A stretch of 64,000 bases of DNA, taken from the NCBI GenBank assembly GCA_951406725.2, contig OX597815.1:213838001-213902000 (forward strand), in the 5' to 3' direction. Below are positions 25,215 to 38,937 of the stretch, one piece after another; the stretch's first letter is position 1, and each line of letters starts with the position of its first letter. Position numbers and translations under genes: made by a program. The DNA comes from Octopus vulgaris (taxonomy: Eukaryota). The notes below the pieces were generated by a model. The model searched no databases and was not told where the DNA came from. It worked only from the letters and a program-made list of their open reading frames with translations.

Positions 25215-25836
25215 TCCTCCTCCTTCTCCTCCTCCTCTTCCACCACCACCACCACCACCATTACCGCTTCTTTGTCGCTCTTCCTCCCCCTTTGACTTCC
25301 CTTCTATATCTACGATATACTATGGTGCTTGTGTGGATGTCACGGCAGGAAAAAAGAAAAAAACAACAACAACAACAAAATACAAGAGAAAAGCAACAAG
25401 AAAAACAAAAGCAAAACTAAAAAGGCACGCGTCTGTCACTGCAGCTTGAAGCCACAAAAACTCTCCTTCACACACAGACTGACACACACACACACACACA
25501 CAGGCGAGAATACATACGAACTCACACACACACAGGCGAGAATACATACGAACTCACACACACACACACAAACTCGCGTCTACGTATAAAGAAACGTTCA
25601 AAAGAAGAGCGAAATAAATTAAACAAATATAAAAATATGGTGAAGTGTGTGCGCGTGCGTGTGTGTGTGTGCGTGCGTGTGTGTGTGTGCGTGCGTGTGT
25701 GTGTGTGTGTGTTAAAGGTGATGTTAGGTCATTAAATTTGCTTTGCTTCCCTTTTACGATGAAGCTGTTCAGTTAATGATAATATTAGCCTGCTGGCCAT
25801 CAGTACCGGTCAGCCAGTCAGTGTATATCTATCTGT

Positions 25837-25867
<31 letters not shown>

Positions 25868-26089
25868 CTTGTCTGCCTGCCTGCCTGCCTGCCTGCCTAG
25901 TTCTCTTCATCTTTCCCGCTTTCTGTGTGTGCGTGTGCGTTAGCTCTCTCTGTTTGTCTCTTTGCCTGCCCGTCTGTCAGTCTATCTGTCTCTCTCTATA
26001 TGTGCATGTGTATGTATGTGTGCGTGTGTGTGTATGTGTATGCATGCATGTGCACGCGTATGTATGTATGAATATATACACATGTATCC

Positions 26090-26152
<63 letters not shown>

Positions 26153-26970
26153 ATCAGGGCCCATGGACAACTTCCAGAGATCCCTGGCCTGGCAGTGCTA
26201 CCGAGAAGCGCTACCCGTTCGGGATAAGCTCTACAGACACGGCTCGAGAAACACGGGGCCGACCTGCCCGAGATGCGGTCAGAGCGACGAAACCGTTCTG
26301 CACGCACTCGTTCAGTGCCCAACAATTTCCGACCTGTGGGCTTATGTCGAACAACTGCTGTCACGTGTGGGACGAGTCGGTTTATCAGCTGAGTCTATCG
26401 TCAATATTGTCACGCCTCCTTCCTTCAAACGGGAAGGAAGAGCTATTTTCATCATCCTTGTGGCTATGGCGAAAGAATGTATCTGGTGGACGCGTCTGAA
26501 AGGATTGGAGACAAACACTTTCCTCTCTGGTCAATCTCTCATCAACTTCTTCAAGTACCACTTGAAAAGGAAAGTGAGAGTAGAGAGGCAAGTTTTGTCT
26601 AGCGAATGTTTTAAAAAAAGATGGGTGAATGTAGCAAGAATGGCACGTATGAATGACGAAGCCACCTTGAGCATAGTCCTATGAACCCAGAAATCGAAAA
26701 CAGAGAGTTGCTTATTTGCAAAAAAAAAAAAAAAAAAAAAAGAAATATAAAATGTGACTTCATTGACCGAGGTTACCGTGGTCTTTTCCGTAGGCTTTTC
26801 TTTCCACGGGTAAACCTCACCTGTCCTCCCCTTTACACTTCATATTGACATTTCTGTGATAACGATCCCTATTGATCAATTTTTTTTTTCCTCTCCCCCT
26901 TTTTTTTAACCCCCTTTTTTTTGTCCTCTTTCTCTCCTTTTACGATCCCTTTTGATCGAAACTCCCCCTT

Positions 26971-27007
<37 letters not shown>

Positions 27008-27078
27008 CTTCAAAAGAAAAGCTCTACCTTGTAATTTGTTCTATCTGTGTGCAGCCCTGTGTGGCTAATAAAGAAACA
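26153..27078 (+). mobile_element. Tx1/L1-clade LINE 3' fragment inserted in (TATC)n
   Basis: WQCYREALPVRDKL...CPRCGQSDETVLHALVQC (zf-RVT-like CCHC), stop 26684, T/C-rich 3' UTR, AATAAA, TATC arrays on both sides. Confidence 0.9.
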
Positions 27079-27150
27079 TATCTATCTATCTATCTATCCA
27101 TCCATCTATCTATTATCCATCCATCTATCTATCTATCTATCCATCTATCC

Positions 27151-27241
<91 letters not shown>

Positions 27242-27662
27242 CATCTCTATTACACGTTTACTCTGTCTTTCTCTGTCTCTCAGTGTCTTTCTGTCTCTTT
27301 TTCTGTCTGTCTGTCTGTCCTCCCTCTCTTTACCTACCTACCTACCTACAGACACGTACGCATACATTCACACACACACACATCTATCACTCATCTGTTT
27401 TTCGAGTTGCAGTTTCGTCACAGCGATGGAAACGTAGAATGAGGGGCAGAGATTAAGCCAACTAGCAATGGCCGCCATATACAACAACAGACATAAATTT
27501 GCTGTCAGTCTCCATTAACTTTGTTGTTTCTTGACGATCGCTTTGTTATTTAGTTTATTGATACGGATTACTCATTGCTCTTGTTTATTTCATTTACTAT
27601 GACTGCAGCCATTGTTCTTTTTTCTTCCTATTATCATATTTATTCATTTATTTTCTTTAAAC

Positions 27663-28339
27663 TAGGGCTTCTCAGCCACTTTTTATCCATGGACGCCTTC
27701 GATTACTATTTTATGCTGGTGGGTCCCCATAGTCATTCGATGTTTAAAAACTAAACAATTGCAGCGTGGAAGGTGTTTATAAGCCATTTAAGAAACACAC
27801 AAAAACCGTTAGATTCACTTCAACATTTAAATTTCATTTGTTAAAATATATTTCGTTGCTTTGAGACCGAGCACGGAGTTCTGTCAGTGAACAGGTCGCG
27901 GTCCCCAAACGAAGAAAATATTTTGACAAATTTAATTTAAATGTTGAAGTGAATCTAACGGTTTTTGTGTGTTTCTTAAATGGCTTATAAACACCTTCCA
28001 CGCTGCAATTGTTTTCGTTCCAGCACACGATCCCAGATCAGGTCACTTGCTATGCAAGTACATCTCCGTAAGTTTAAAAACTAGTTTTATAGAAACTTCT
28101 TTCAAAATTCTTATTTTGTTATTCACACATTTACTTGTGTAGGTTGAACTATGTAAAACGTTAGCGAAAGAAATATATCTGTTTATTGCAAGACATACCA
28201 ATATATACATCGAAAGCAAAATCTTTTCAGGGTCCCTTAAAATACCATTGTGGATCCCCAATTTACTATTTTGTTGCGAAGACCCCTAAAAGTCTTATAT
28301 GGAAACAGGGTCCATATGGATCCCAGTTGAGAACCACTG
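27663..28339. mobile_element. hAT (Charlie-type) MITE
   Basis: Ends TAGGGCTTCTCAGC / GTTGAGAACCACTG; 8-bp TSD CTTTAAAC at 27655-27662 and 28340-28347. Confidence 0.85.
27754..28071 (+). mobile_element. Penelope-like terminal-repeat element with an inverted partial copy, nested in the hAT MITE
   Basis: Inverted arms ~27754-27868 / 27896-28013; 12-bp TSD GTTTAAAAACTA (27742-27753, 28072-28083); homologous to 30879-31078. Confidence 0.75.
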
Positions 28340-28650
28340 CTTTAAACGATTCAGCCATGCGGCTGCGGTCATGCGGGAGCATTTCTTTATTTGCTACATT
28401 TATATTTTTTTATCCTTTATCTTTTATCCTTTACTTGTTTTGGCCATTGAACTGCCGGCAGGCATCGCCTTGAAGGGTTCTTGTCGAACAAATCGACCCC
28501 AGTTCTATTTTGAAGTCTGTTGTTACTCTGCTGGTAACTTATGCTGAACCGCTAATTTTAAGGTTGCAAACAGACCAGCACCGGTTGTCAAGCAGTGCGG
28601 CGAGGCAAACATAGACACAAACATATGCATGTGTATGTGTTTGTGTGTGC

Positions 28651-28690
<40 letters not shown>

Positions 28691-28859
28691 TTGTGTGTTT
28701 GTGTGTTTGTGTTTGTGTGTGTGTGTATGTGTTTGTGTGCGTGTGTGTGTGTTTGTGTTTGACCACCAGTGTTGGTTTGATTACGTCTCGTAACTTAGCA
28801 GTTCGACTAACAGTACCAATAGAATTAGTAGGAACTTGGGTCGATTTATTCGACTAAAC

Positions 28860-29807
28860 CAGGGGTCGCCAAACTTTTTCGACCATCTACCCCCTTTAGC
28901 TCCTTCTCTTTCCGCATCGACCCCCTTTAGCTACTTTCCCTTCCACATCGACCACCCTCCTCATCTAAAATATCTTAATACCCTACCGTACCATATCTTA
29001 AATGCGTACCGGGTACTGATGCTGTCAATTAAATAGGTAGCTAAAATATACATGTACGACAAATTAAGAAATCCTATTGAAGACGATACCCTTTTTACAT
29101 TTAAAACTACGTGTAATGAGTATACAGTATTAAACTTCCAATTTCTATGAAATTGTTTTCACGGTTAGAAAATGTGAAAAACGCATCATATTGCTGGAAT
29201 ATATTTTATTCTTTTCTTTCCTACACTAAGCACAAGTCCCGAAACTTTTGGGGAGGGGCCAGTCGATTAGATCGACCCCAGTACGCAACTGGTACTTAAT
29301 TTATTGACCCCGAAAGGATGAAAAGTAAAGTCGACCTTGGCGGAATTTGAACTCAGAACGTAAAGACAGACGAAATACCTATTTCTTTACTACCCACAAG
29401 GGACTAAACACAGAGAGGACAGACAAGGACAAACAAATGGATTAAGTCGATTATATCGACCCCAGTGCGTAACTGTTACTTAATTCATCGACCCCGAAAG
29501 GATGAAAGGCAAAGTCGATCTCGGCGGAATTTGAACTCAGAACGTAACGGCAGATGAAATACTGCTACGCATTTCGCCCGGCGTGCTAACGTTTCTGCCA
29601 GCTCGCCGCCTTTGGAATATCTTTTATTGAAACTGACAACATCAATGTGAGGGATGAGCATGGCGCTGACTAAGTATTTCAAGCGGTTCGTCTGGGTGAG
29701 CTGGTCTTTCGCACGCCGACCCCCATTCGACCCCTTGGCTATCATCGACCCCTTGTAATTCTTCGCTGACCCCTAGGGGTCTCTCAGACCTCCTTTGGCG
29801 ACACCTG
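28860..29807. mobile_element. hAT-like element inserted in a SINE A tail, itself carrying a SINE B dimer (~29212-29610, minus)
   Basis: Ends CAGGGGTCGCCAAA / TTTGGCGACACCTG; imperfect TSD GACTAAAC/AACTAACC; SINE A sequence resumes at 29808. Confidence 0.8.
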
Positions 29808-29917
29808 AACTAACCCCTTCATGGTGGTGCCCCAGTATGGTCGTAGTTTACTGACTGAAGCGAGTAAAAGACAAAAGAAGGAAGATAATTCCTCCCACAT
29901 TTTAACGTCACGATAAA

Positions 29918-30284
29918 TCTCTCTCTCTATATAAAGCTGAAGTTGTCTGTGTGTGGCAGGTTTGGTAGCCTTCAACTAACACTATCTCCTCCGAGACCCT
30001 GCGGTGAAAGTTGACCAAAATTGAGAGTATGATAGAAGAAGGCTTGCTCTTCCTTCAGTAGAAGACAAAATTCAAATCCGACCATGTTAACACCAAAAAT
30101 TATTTACATCAAAAAGGTGCTTTTTTTTCTATGAAGATCCCTAATTTTACGCCATTTTTCAGTGTATTTCAATCAGGAAAATGTTCACTCAAAGAAAGCT
30201 ACATAATGCAACATTTTTACTTTTCAAAAATTCCAGTTCTAAAATGTCGAAACAAACCCTAGCAACGCCGGGCGAGACTGCTAG
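29918..30284 (+). mobile_element. Non-autonomous Helitron-type element
   Basis: A|TC start (TCTCTC..TATATAAAGCTG), 3' GC hairpin CCCTAGCAACGCCGGG, then CTAG|T end. Confidence 0.75.
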
Positions 30285-30766
30285 TGAATGAATAAATGTA
30301 GGTACCAGCCATTCAACTGAAAAATCTGAAGTCCGAATCTCGTTCTCTGAGGTATATGCTACCTTACACTCCAACTATTAAGACATCAATCATTGCCTTT
30401 GCTCCGTTTATGAAGCAATGGTAAAATAGGCAAGATAAGGAAGGGTAATGTCTCTATTGTACAGTCTATTTCGAAGACTGACGAATTTACGATCTTAAAA
30501 TTGACGGGAGAATAAACAATAATTTTTTATGTGTGGGGTTTTTATCAGTGTGCTCGTTTTTGGTTTAGTCGCAGAATCTACGCGAATATATGAAGGTAAT
30601 TAAATTTAGTGTGTATATATGCTTGTGCATATGTGTGTGTGTGTATGTTATATATATATATATATATATATACTACAAAATTAGAGAATGTGATGATACA
30701 AACAATACTTTAAACTATTAAAGTGTGTATCATGTGTTGATGTGATTTGTGTTTCTCCATTCTCTA

Positions 30767-30807
<41 letters not shown>

Positions 30808-30822
30808 TTTCAACCCCTATCT

Positions 30823-30878
<56 letters not shown>

Positions 30879-30881
<3 letters not shown>

Positions 30882-31078
30882 AGATGTACTTGCATAACAG
30901 GTGATTTGATCTGAGATCGTGTGCTGGAACGAAAACAATTGCAGCGTGGAAGGTGTTTGTAAGCCATTTAAGAAACACACAAAAGCTGCTCGATTCACTT
31001 CAACATTTAAGTTTAATTTGTCAAAATATTTTCGTCGCTATAAGACCGCGACCTGTTCACTGACAAAAATCCGTGCTG
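30879..31078 (-). mobile_element. Penelope-like terminal repeat with hammerhead fold (G3:C8 core) in (TA)n
   Basis: Minus 31068-31017: TTTTGTCA-GTGAACA-G-GTCGC-loop-GCGAC-GAAA-ATAT-TT-TGACAAA. Confidence 0.7.
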
Positions 31079-31079
31079 C

Positions 31080-31197
<118 letters not shown>

Positions 31198-31411
31198 TAT
31201 ATATATGTATTGAAAAGGTTGCAAGACGCAATGAAAATTTTAGGAAAATAAAAATAAGAAGATAAGTGGAAATTTTACCAGTGAGTGTGTTAAATTATAA
31301 GGCACAAAAAGAAAATGACTCTCCCCAGACACAACAGAATATGTTTCAACACACGAACTCACATAAAGAATCTTGCAAACCAAATCCCAAAACTGAAATA
31401 TATATATAGCA

Positions 31412-31453
<42 letters not shown>

Positions 31454-31458
<5 letters not shown>

Positions 31459-31840
31459 TGGCCGTGTGGTAAGAAGTTTGCTTCCCAACTCCCATTGTTC
31501 CGGAATCAGTCCCACTGCGTGGCACCTTGGGTAAGTGTCTTCTGTTATAGCTTCGGTCGACTAAAGAGATGTGAGTAGGTCTGGTGGATGGAAACTGAAA
31601 GAGGCGCATCATATGTGTGTGTGTGTGTGTGTGTGTGTGTACGTACGTGTGTCTTTGTCTGCGTTTCCCCCCTCCCATTATGCTTGACAACTGGTGTTGA
31701 TGAATTTACGTCCCCGATAGAATAAGTAACGGGGCAAAAAAGTAAGTGTTGGGGTTGATTTCTTCGACTAAAACCCTCTAAGGCGGTGCGCCAGCATGGC
31801 CGCAGTCAAATGACTGAAACAAGTAAAAGAACAAAAGATT
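31454..31840 (+). mobile_element. SINE A, near full length
   Basis: Head, core, internal (TG)n and CAAATGACTGAAACAAGTAAAAGA tail. Confidence 0.9.
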
Positions 31841-31864
31841 AAAAGCATACATATATATGTATGT

Positions 31865-31939
<75 letters not shown>

Positions 31940-31983
31940 TACATACATACATACATACATACATACATACATACATACATACA

Positions 31984-32071
<88 letters not shown>

Positions 32072-33437
32072 CATACATACATACATACATACATACATAC
32101 ATACATACATACATACATACACACACACACATATATATATATATATATCACTTATAAAGGTGTTATAAGGTATTATGTAGCAGATGAATATATTTCAGTG
32201 TCTCACACACCCTATCGACAAACCTACGGCTCATTTGACACGTTGATATTTAGAGCTTTTATTCTTATTAACCAGATTATATCAACAAATGTTGCTTAAC
32301 AGTTATTTTATTTACACATTATACAGTAATTCAGTAATTTACAGTTTTTCCAGATAATGCCACACAGAAGTATGGCTCAGTAGTTTATGACTTTCTAAGA
32401 TCATGCTTCGTTCACATCTACCAGCTTAACTAATTTAAATGGACAGCCGTTGCTTAATAGCTACTTCGTTGCATACTAAGTTTTAAGTCACATCTGTTAT
32501 TTAGCTATTTCCCCAGCTATGATGAAGAAGTATTTCTGTGTTGGAAATATATTAGATCAATAATTGCACGTGTGAGCTCCCTCAGTGTTGTGTTGAACTC
32601 CTGCACAGAAAAGTCAGCCGCCACCTTCAAACAGGAGTCGTGAATATATGCCGAGTGTTAAGAACTTATAAAAAAAAAAAGTGCTTGCCATACACATTTA
32701 TATGGCTTGCATCATGAGTGTTCGTTCTGCTGTCTGGTAGCGAAACCTGTACACTAAGGAGCAGAAGAACAAAGGCATAATGTTTCGCATTTTCGCTATG
32801 TAGGATTAATTCGAGGATTTTACATAGTAAATGCTACATACCTAACACTTTTACATCTACTTTAAGATTTGTCACGTGAATGGCGGATGGTCTGTTACAC
32901 TTATATCATAGGAGGAGGTTGTATCAGTCATATGCATTCAATCTTTAAAGATTTCTGAAGATTTACTTAATTCATTTCGAAAAATTTCATGACAACTGGA
33001 AGGAGAGACCGCTGGCAGGACGAACGAAGATTTTTATCTGAATAAATAGCATTATTTCACGAAGCTGATGAGGACTATTGTGAGAAAGAGACTGGGTCAT
33101 GAGATTAAACTAGAGTGACATCTTTAGCTGAGAATTCTAACATTTTTCTTAGTTTTCACCAACATCTGCTGTTTGACAGCTGTCTCCTTATCTCTAGACA
33201 TCTGAATAAGTTTATTGTCTTTTAGACTCGGTTACTGAGATACCTGTAGCTTAGAAGTTGTCATCTTTCGCTTAGATAGTCATTATATATAACGATCAAG
33301 CTTCCATGGCATTTATATACTATACTGACTGATAGCACACAGGCTTAGAACACTCTTAAGGACAATGTTTCCACCATTTAAGCAGTTTCTAATGGCCAAA
33401 TATATTTCCTATTTTTCTTCTTACTTACGTTTGGGGG

Positions 33438-33680
33438 TGTCATGTCGCACGTTCGGATGCCTTTCTACTCAACTCTGTTCTAGTCTACTCTACTGCTACT
33501 CCGACTGCTACTCTGTTCTCTTCTCTGGCGTCTAGACTTCTCCCTCTATATCTACGTATTGTGCTAGTCTACTTCATCGTCTGGTGGCGTCTACACAGCA
33601 GGAGGAAAGGTCAGCACCGATGTCCTTTGGAGCTCTTCCAAGACCGATCAGATTGGGTACCTTTATAAATCAACATTACA
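33438..33680. mobile_element. Possible solo LTR
   Basis: TGTCATGTCG...CAACATTACA terminal inverted decamers (8/10); no clean TSD. Confidence 0.35.
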
Positions 33681-34341
33681 GGAAAAATATGAAGCGGGAG
33701 TGAATTCTAGAGGGCGCGATGATTGTGATCCGTAAAAATAGTTAAAAGTCAAAATTTACATAAATTTTATTTCCAAGGAAATATATAGAGATTTTATGAA
33801 ATTATGATTTTAAAGAAATATATAAAAAAAAAACAAACATAGATACTCTTTAAAGAAATCCGATTAAAATTAAAATTTCAAAAGCCCGACTTTACAAATA
33901 GTTATACCTTAAACCCGATAACATTTCATTTATGAATTATTCAACTATTTATAATTTTTTCTCACATTAAAGCAAAGTTTACATTGCGCGCACACACATG
34001 TATGTATGTATGTATGTATGTATGTATGTATGTATGTATGTATGTATGTATGTATGTATGTATGTATGTATATGATGGACTCTCCCGTCGAAGACGATGC
34101 GCATGCGCATTCAGCTTTTCATCAAACATTCGTGCCGTACATTAGCTCCCTCTCTCCATTAAATCGACGTTGTCTGAACGGCTGCAAGGTGTGCCGCGCG
34201 TCAGATGTCGAAGTGGTCGCATAACAACGTGTGATGAAGTGTTTCACTCAAGAACACAACGCGCCGCCCGGTCTAGGGATTGAAATCACAATTGCTAGAT
34301 CGTCAGTGCAACGCACTAACCACTAAGCCATATATACATAT

Positions 34342-34436
<95 letters not shown>

Positions 34437-34437
34437 C

Positions 34438-34504
<67 letters not shown>

Positions 34505-34530
34505 ATAATTTAGAACAAACAGTAAAAGGC

Positions 34531-34604
34531 TGTCATTATAGTACTCGAAGTTTCGAATGCTGGAGCGAAGAGCTACAATACATTCTCGCCGGCCATTACT
34601 GGCA
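34531..34604 (-). ncRNA. Decayed hammerhead-like motif next to (TA)n
   Basis: Minus: CCGGCGA-GAATG-loop-CATTC-GAAA-CT-TCG-AG-TA; core has two substitutions. Confidence 0.4.
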
Positions 34605-34734
34605 ACAGACGCTATAAAAGGCCATTGAATAAAAGGAAGTTACTCTAATAGGTAGAAAAATAAAAAATAAAAAAATAAAAAATAAAAAAATAAAAAATAA
34701 AAAAATAAAAAAAATACACGTATGAGTATGTATA

Positions 34735-34857
34735 GGCGTTGGAGTGGCTGTGTGGTAAGTAGCTTGGGCAAGTGTCTTCTACTATAGCCTCGGTCCGACA
34801 AAAGTCTTGTGAGTGGATTTGGTAGACGGAAACTGAAAGAAGCCCGTCGTATATATG

Positions 34858-34903
<46 letters not shown>

Positions 34904-35135
34904 TGTATGTGTGTGTGTATATGTTTGTATGTCTGTGTTTGTTCCCCCCCAACATCGCTTGACAACCGATGCTGGTGTGTTTGCGTCCCCGTAACTTGGC
35001 GGTTCGGTGAAAGACACCGATAAAATAAATACTGGACTTACAAAGAAATACGTTCTGGTGTCGATTTCTTCGACTAAAGGCGCTGCTCCAGCATGGCTGC
35101 AGTCAAATGACTGAAACAAATAAAAGACTAAAAGA
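34735..35135 (+). mobile_element. SINE A with a head deletion
   Basis: Family motifs. Confidence 0.85.
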
Positions 35136-35232
35136 ACTTAACCATATTCTCACAATACATAGGCATAAATAAAACTCCTGCGTCCACAACGTCTACATGC
35201 GTACACACTCACACAAACATGTATACGTACAT

Positions 35233-35267
<35 letters not shown>

Positions 35268-35299
35268 TATATGTATGTACATAAAAAAAACGATAAACG

Positions 35300-35597
35300 T
35301 CGCATTTTTCAAGCCTAGCCAGGCTCATGGGCCCGGTTTCTGTGGCGTATGTGTTCCCCCCAGCTGAACGGGACGCCAGTCCATCGCAGCGTTACTCAAG
35401 AAACAGGAAGAACGAGTGAGAGAAAGTTGTGGCGAAAGAGTACAACAGGGGTCGCCACCACCCCCTGCCTGAGCCTCGTGGAGCTTTTATGTTATGCTCA
35501 GTAAACACACACACAACAACGCCCGGTCTGTGAATCGAAACCGCGATCCTCCGACCGCGAGTCAGCTGCCCTAACCAATGGGCCATTGCGCCTCTAC
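35300..35597 (-). mobile_element. SINE C, second copy
   Basis: Aligns with 1695-1971. Confidence 0.9.
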
Positions 35598-35992
35598 ATG
35601 TATGTACATACATAAGTATTAAATCTGTATAAATTTCCTAACGAGAGGCGTCCTGTGATATCCTTTGAATTCAGAAAATGAAAGAGAATCTAAGGCTTGT
35701 CTGTTCTGAAGATATAAGCTACTCTTTGCATCGTTGAGTATGTATTTTAGTAAAATATGACCAACATCGGGTGGCTAAAGCGGGTAGAATCTCCTCTGTC
35801 CATCCGCCTGGCCGTCAGTCTGTTTACTTGTCTGGCTGTCCATCTGCCTATCCCCCTCTTCCATCTCTCCCTCCCCCCTCTCTGTATGTGTGTGCATGTG
35901 TCTGGATGGCCGTGTGAGCCAGTAGGTATTTATGCGCGTGCACGTGTGCTGCAGTATCTTTAGACATTAAAAGTAGTTTAGTAACTTTATAA

Positions 35993-36039
<47 letters not shown>

Positions 36040-36087
36040 TTTTTATTATAATATAACATAACATAATGAAATATAATTTAATATATA

Positions 36088-36192
<105 letters not shown>

Positions 36193-36193
36193 G

Positions 36194-36243
<50 letters not shown>

Positions 36244-36257
36244 CATACATGCATACA

Positions 36258-36293
<36 letters not shown>

Positions 36294-36840
36294 TATATAC
36301 ATATATACGAATATATACATATATACGTGAGTGTGCAAATAATATGATATATATATATGTGTGTAATATAATACACACACATACGCACACACACATTTCC
36401 TTTGTAGCGTTTGAAGAATAAGTCGTCTAATGACGATTCTTACTAATTATATTTTACACAAGCAATGCTAATTTTGTGCGAATGTTTATTAAAAAAATAA
36501 AATGCACCAGAATGGCCTTATCCACGATAGCAAAACAAACTAAAGATCAAAGTATTAGTATAAGACTACTAACTTTCTAACACTAATTTTGAACTCCTGT
36601 GCACTCAACTTGATTTGACTGCGAGCATTTCGCTTATGACAAAAAAGGGAAAAAGAGGAAATGAAAGATAATTGTTTTACATAGAAACGTTTTATTATCA
36701 TAAAACTTAAGGGAGAGCTTTGTCTAATTTTTGTTTCTTGTGACTTATTTTATAATTCCATTTAATACGCTGACCTTGTGGCATTCAGGAAGGCGCGACA
36801 GCATATGTGTATGTGTAAGTGAGTGTGTGTATGTGTATGC

Positions 36841-36871
<31 letters not shown>

Positions 36872-37813
36872 CTATACATACATATACATGTATATAAAAT
36901 AGAATAGGATTTAAAAATTCCACAGAAAAACGGCAAACGCCTACACGGAAAATTCACTCACAAGACATGCACTATCCTCATCGTCTATTGACCAGAAACC
37001 ATAACAATTTCGCACCTATATATATATATATATATATGCATGCACACACACACAAATACATACATGATGCATGCGCGCTAATATGTTCACCCGTTAATGC
37101 ATCTGTGAATGTACACACGCATATCTCTCCCCCTCACTTTATTAACATATGAATACACATACTCGTATAATTATAAGACATACACATATATACACACACA
37201 TGCACAGATACACACACACATATATATATACACACACATATACATACACACATCTATGCGTGTGTATGTGTGTGTGTATCTGTGTGTGTGTGTATGTGTG
37301 TGTGTGTGTGTGTGTGTATGTGTGTGGTTGCATGTCTGTGCTTAAAAAGAATATTTTCTAATAAGACAGCGATTAATTGGGTTTTGCATGTTTATTTTGG
37401 AATGGATTCCGTAAGTGAGCGTCTTTGAACCTTTCCTTTCTATTTTCACGTGTTTTGGCGAGTAAATTTGCAGTTGAACAAAGATAAACTATTGCTGCGT
37501 CTTTAAGGCCAATGCAATAAAACAAACACACAAAAAAAGCATACACATACTGTACACGCGTTTCTAAATAGTTCTAAGGTAGTGTCTTGAGGTTGCTGCA
37601 GTGCAAACGGTTGGTGCAGTTCCATATCTAAGGGTGCTGCCTCACCTAATAAAAGCTGTGTCTGAGTTAATAGACATTAAATGAGCAACTAATTAAAATG
37701 CTGTCTGAGTAAGAATATCAAGTGTTTTACATCTTCGTGTATATTTTGTCAAGTGTTATTGCGTCGTGATGAGTGTGAGCAGTTAATGATATCTTGACGC
37801 CTAGAGACTGGTT

Positions 37814-37850
<37 letters not shown>

Positions 37851-38459
37851 TCTGGTCAACTATTTTCACACACCTGCAAGACATTAAAATATATACTAGA
37901 ACAGAAAAATAGAAAAGAAAAGACATGATTCCGAAACACTTGCGCGACAGATGAAATGAAGTTACGTCATCATTTTTTCTCCGAGACCTTCTCAAACTCC
38001 TTTACTAAAAAAGTGTCACTGCTACAGCAAATTGTTAACATAGTAAACAGGACACATGGGAGTTTATTCATGTTATGATTATTTCCTATTAAGTACATGA
38101 GATGTAGGAATTTATTTTCCGAAGTTTTTACCATAAAGTGTTTATCTTTGCTTATATCGTAGACTGTTTACGTGATGGTATTACCATTGAAAAGTATCCT
38201 TCGCGTTTTATACAAAATAGTTACAATAGATTTTTACCATTGGATGTCTGCGTCTGATTTCGTCAAAGAATATAACTTGTGTATGTGTTCCCACAAAGGT
38301 ATTCTCTTCGTGGCCACTTGAGACACACAAGAAATAATCGCGAAACCGCTCTCAAACTACACAATATTGTTTTAAAAAAGATGTGAATGTTTACTGATAT
38401 ATTCATGTGTGCAGACGCACAATGTAAAACCACACGAGATAATCTCAAATAAAATGTCT

Positions 38460-38695
38460 TTAAGTCGAGCAAATCGACCCCAGGACTTATTCTTTGGAAA
38501 CCTAGTACTTGTTCTATCAGTCTCTTTTGCCGAATCGCTAAGTTACAGGGACGTAAACACACCACCACCAGTTGTCAAGCGATGTTGGGGTGACAAACAC
38601 AGACACACAAACATATACATATATATATACGACAGGCTTCTTTCAGTTTCCGTCTACCAAATCCACTCACAAGGCTTTGGTCGGCTCGAGGCTGT
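38460..38695 (-). mobile_element. SINE A internal fragment
   Basis: Family motifs in reverse. Confidence 0.8.
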
Positions 38696-38937
38696 AAATA
38701 ATAATATTATATTACAAGCTTAAAGCGATCACCGCGCAATGAATCCTCTACAGAAGAAGTAGGTTTTCCCGTACGCGTCGGACTCGAACCCACACATGTC
38801 TGTTTACGCGTCCAAATGTGCTACCGATTACACTAGTGATCCTAATTGCTTTTTTCTGTCAGAACTAAGAACTATAATTAGTTCGTAGTTGTTCTTTGTA
38901 AAGAAACTATCATGTAAAGAAACTATCATATGCCCAC

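Noticed and set aside
31240-31410. Repeat shared with ~22570-22690, as a ribozyme
   Set aside because: Core CTGGGGA and no GAAA; only a probable decayed retroelement end.
33065-33095. CTGATGA..GAAA motif
   Set aside because: No convincing stem II or flanking stems.
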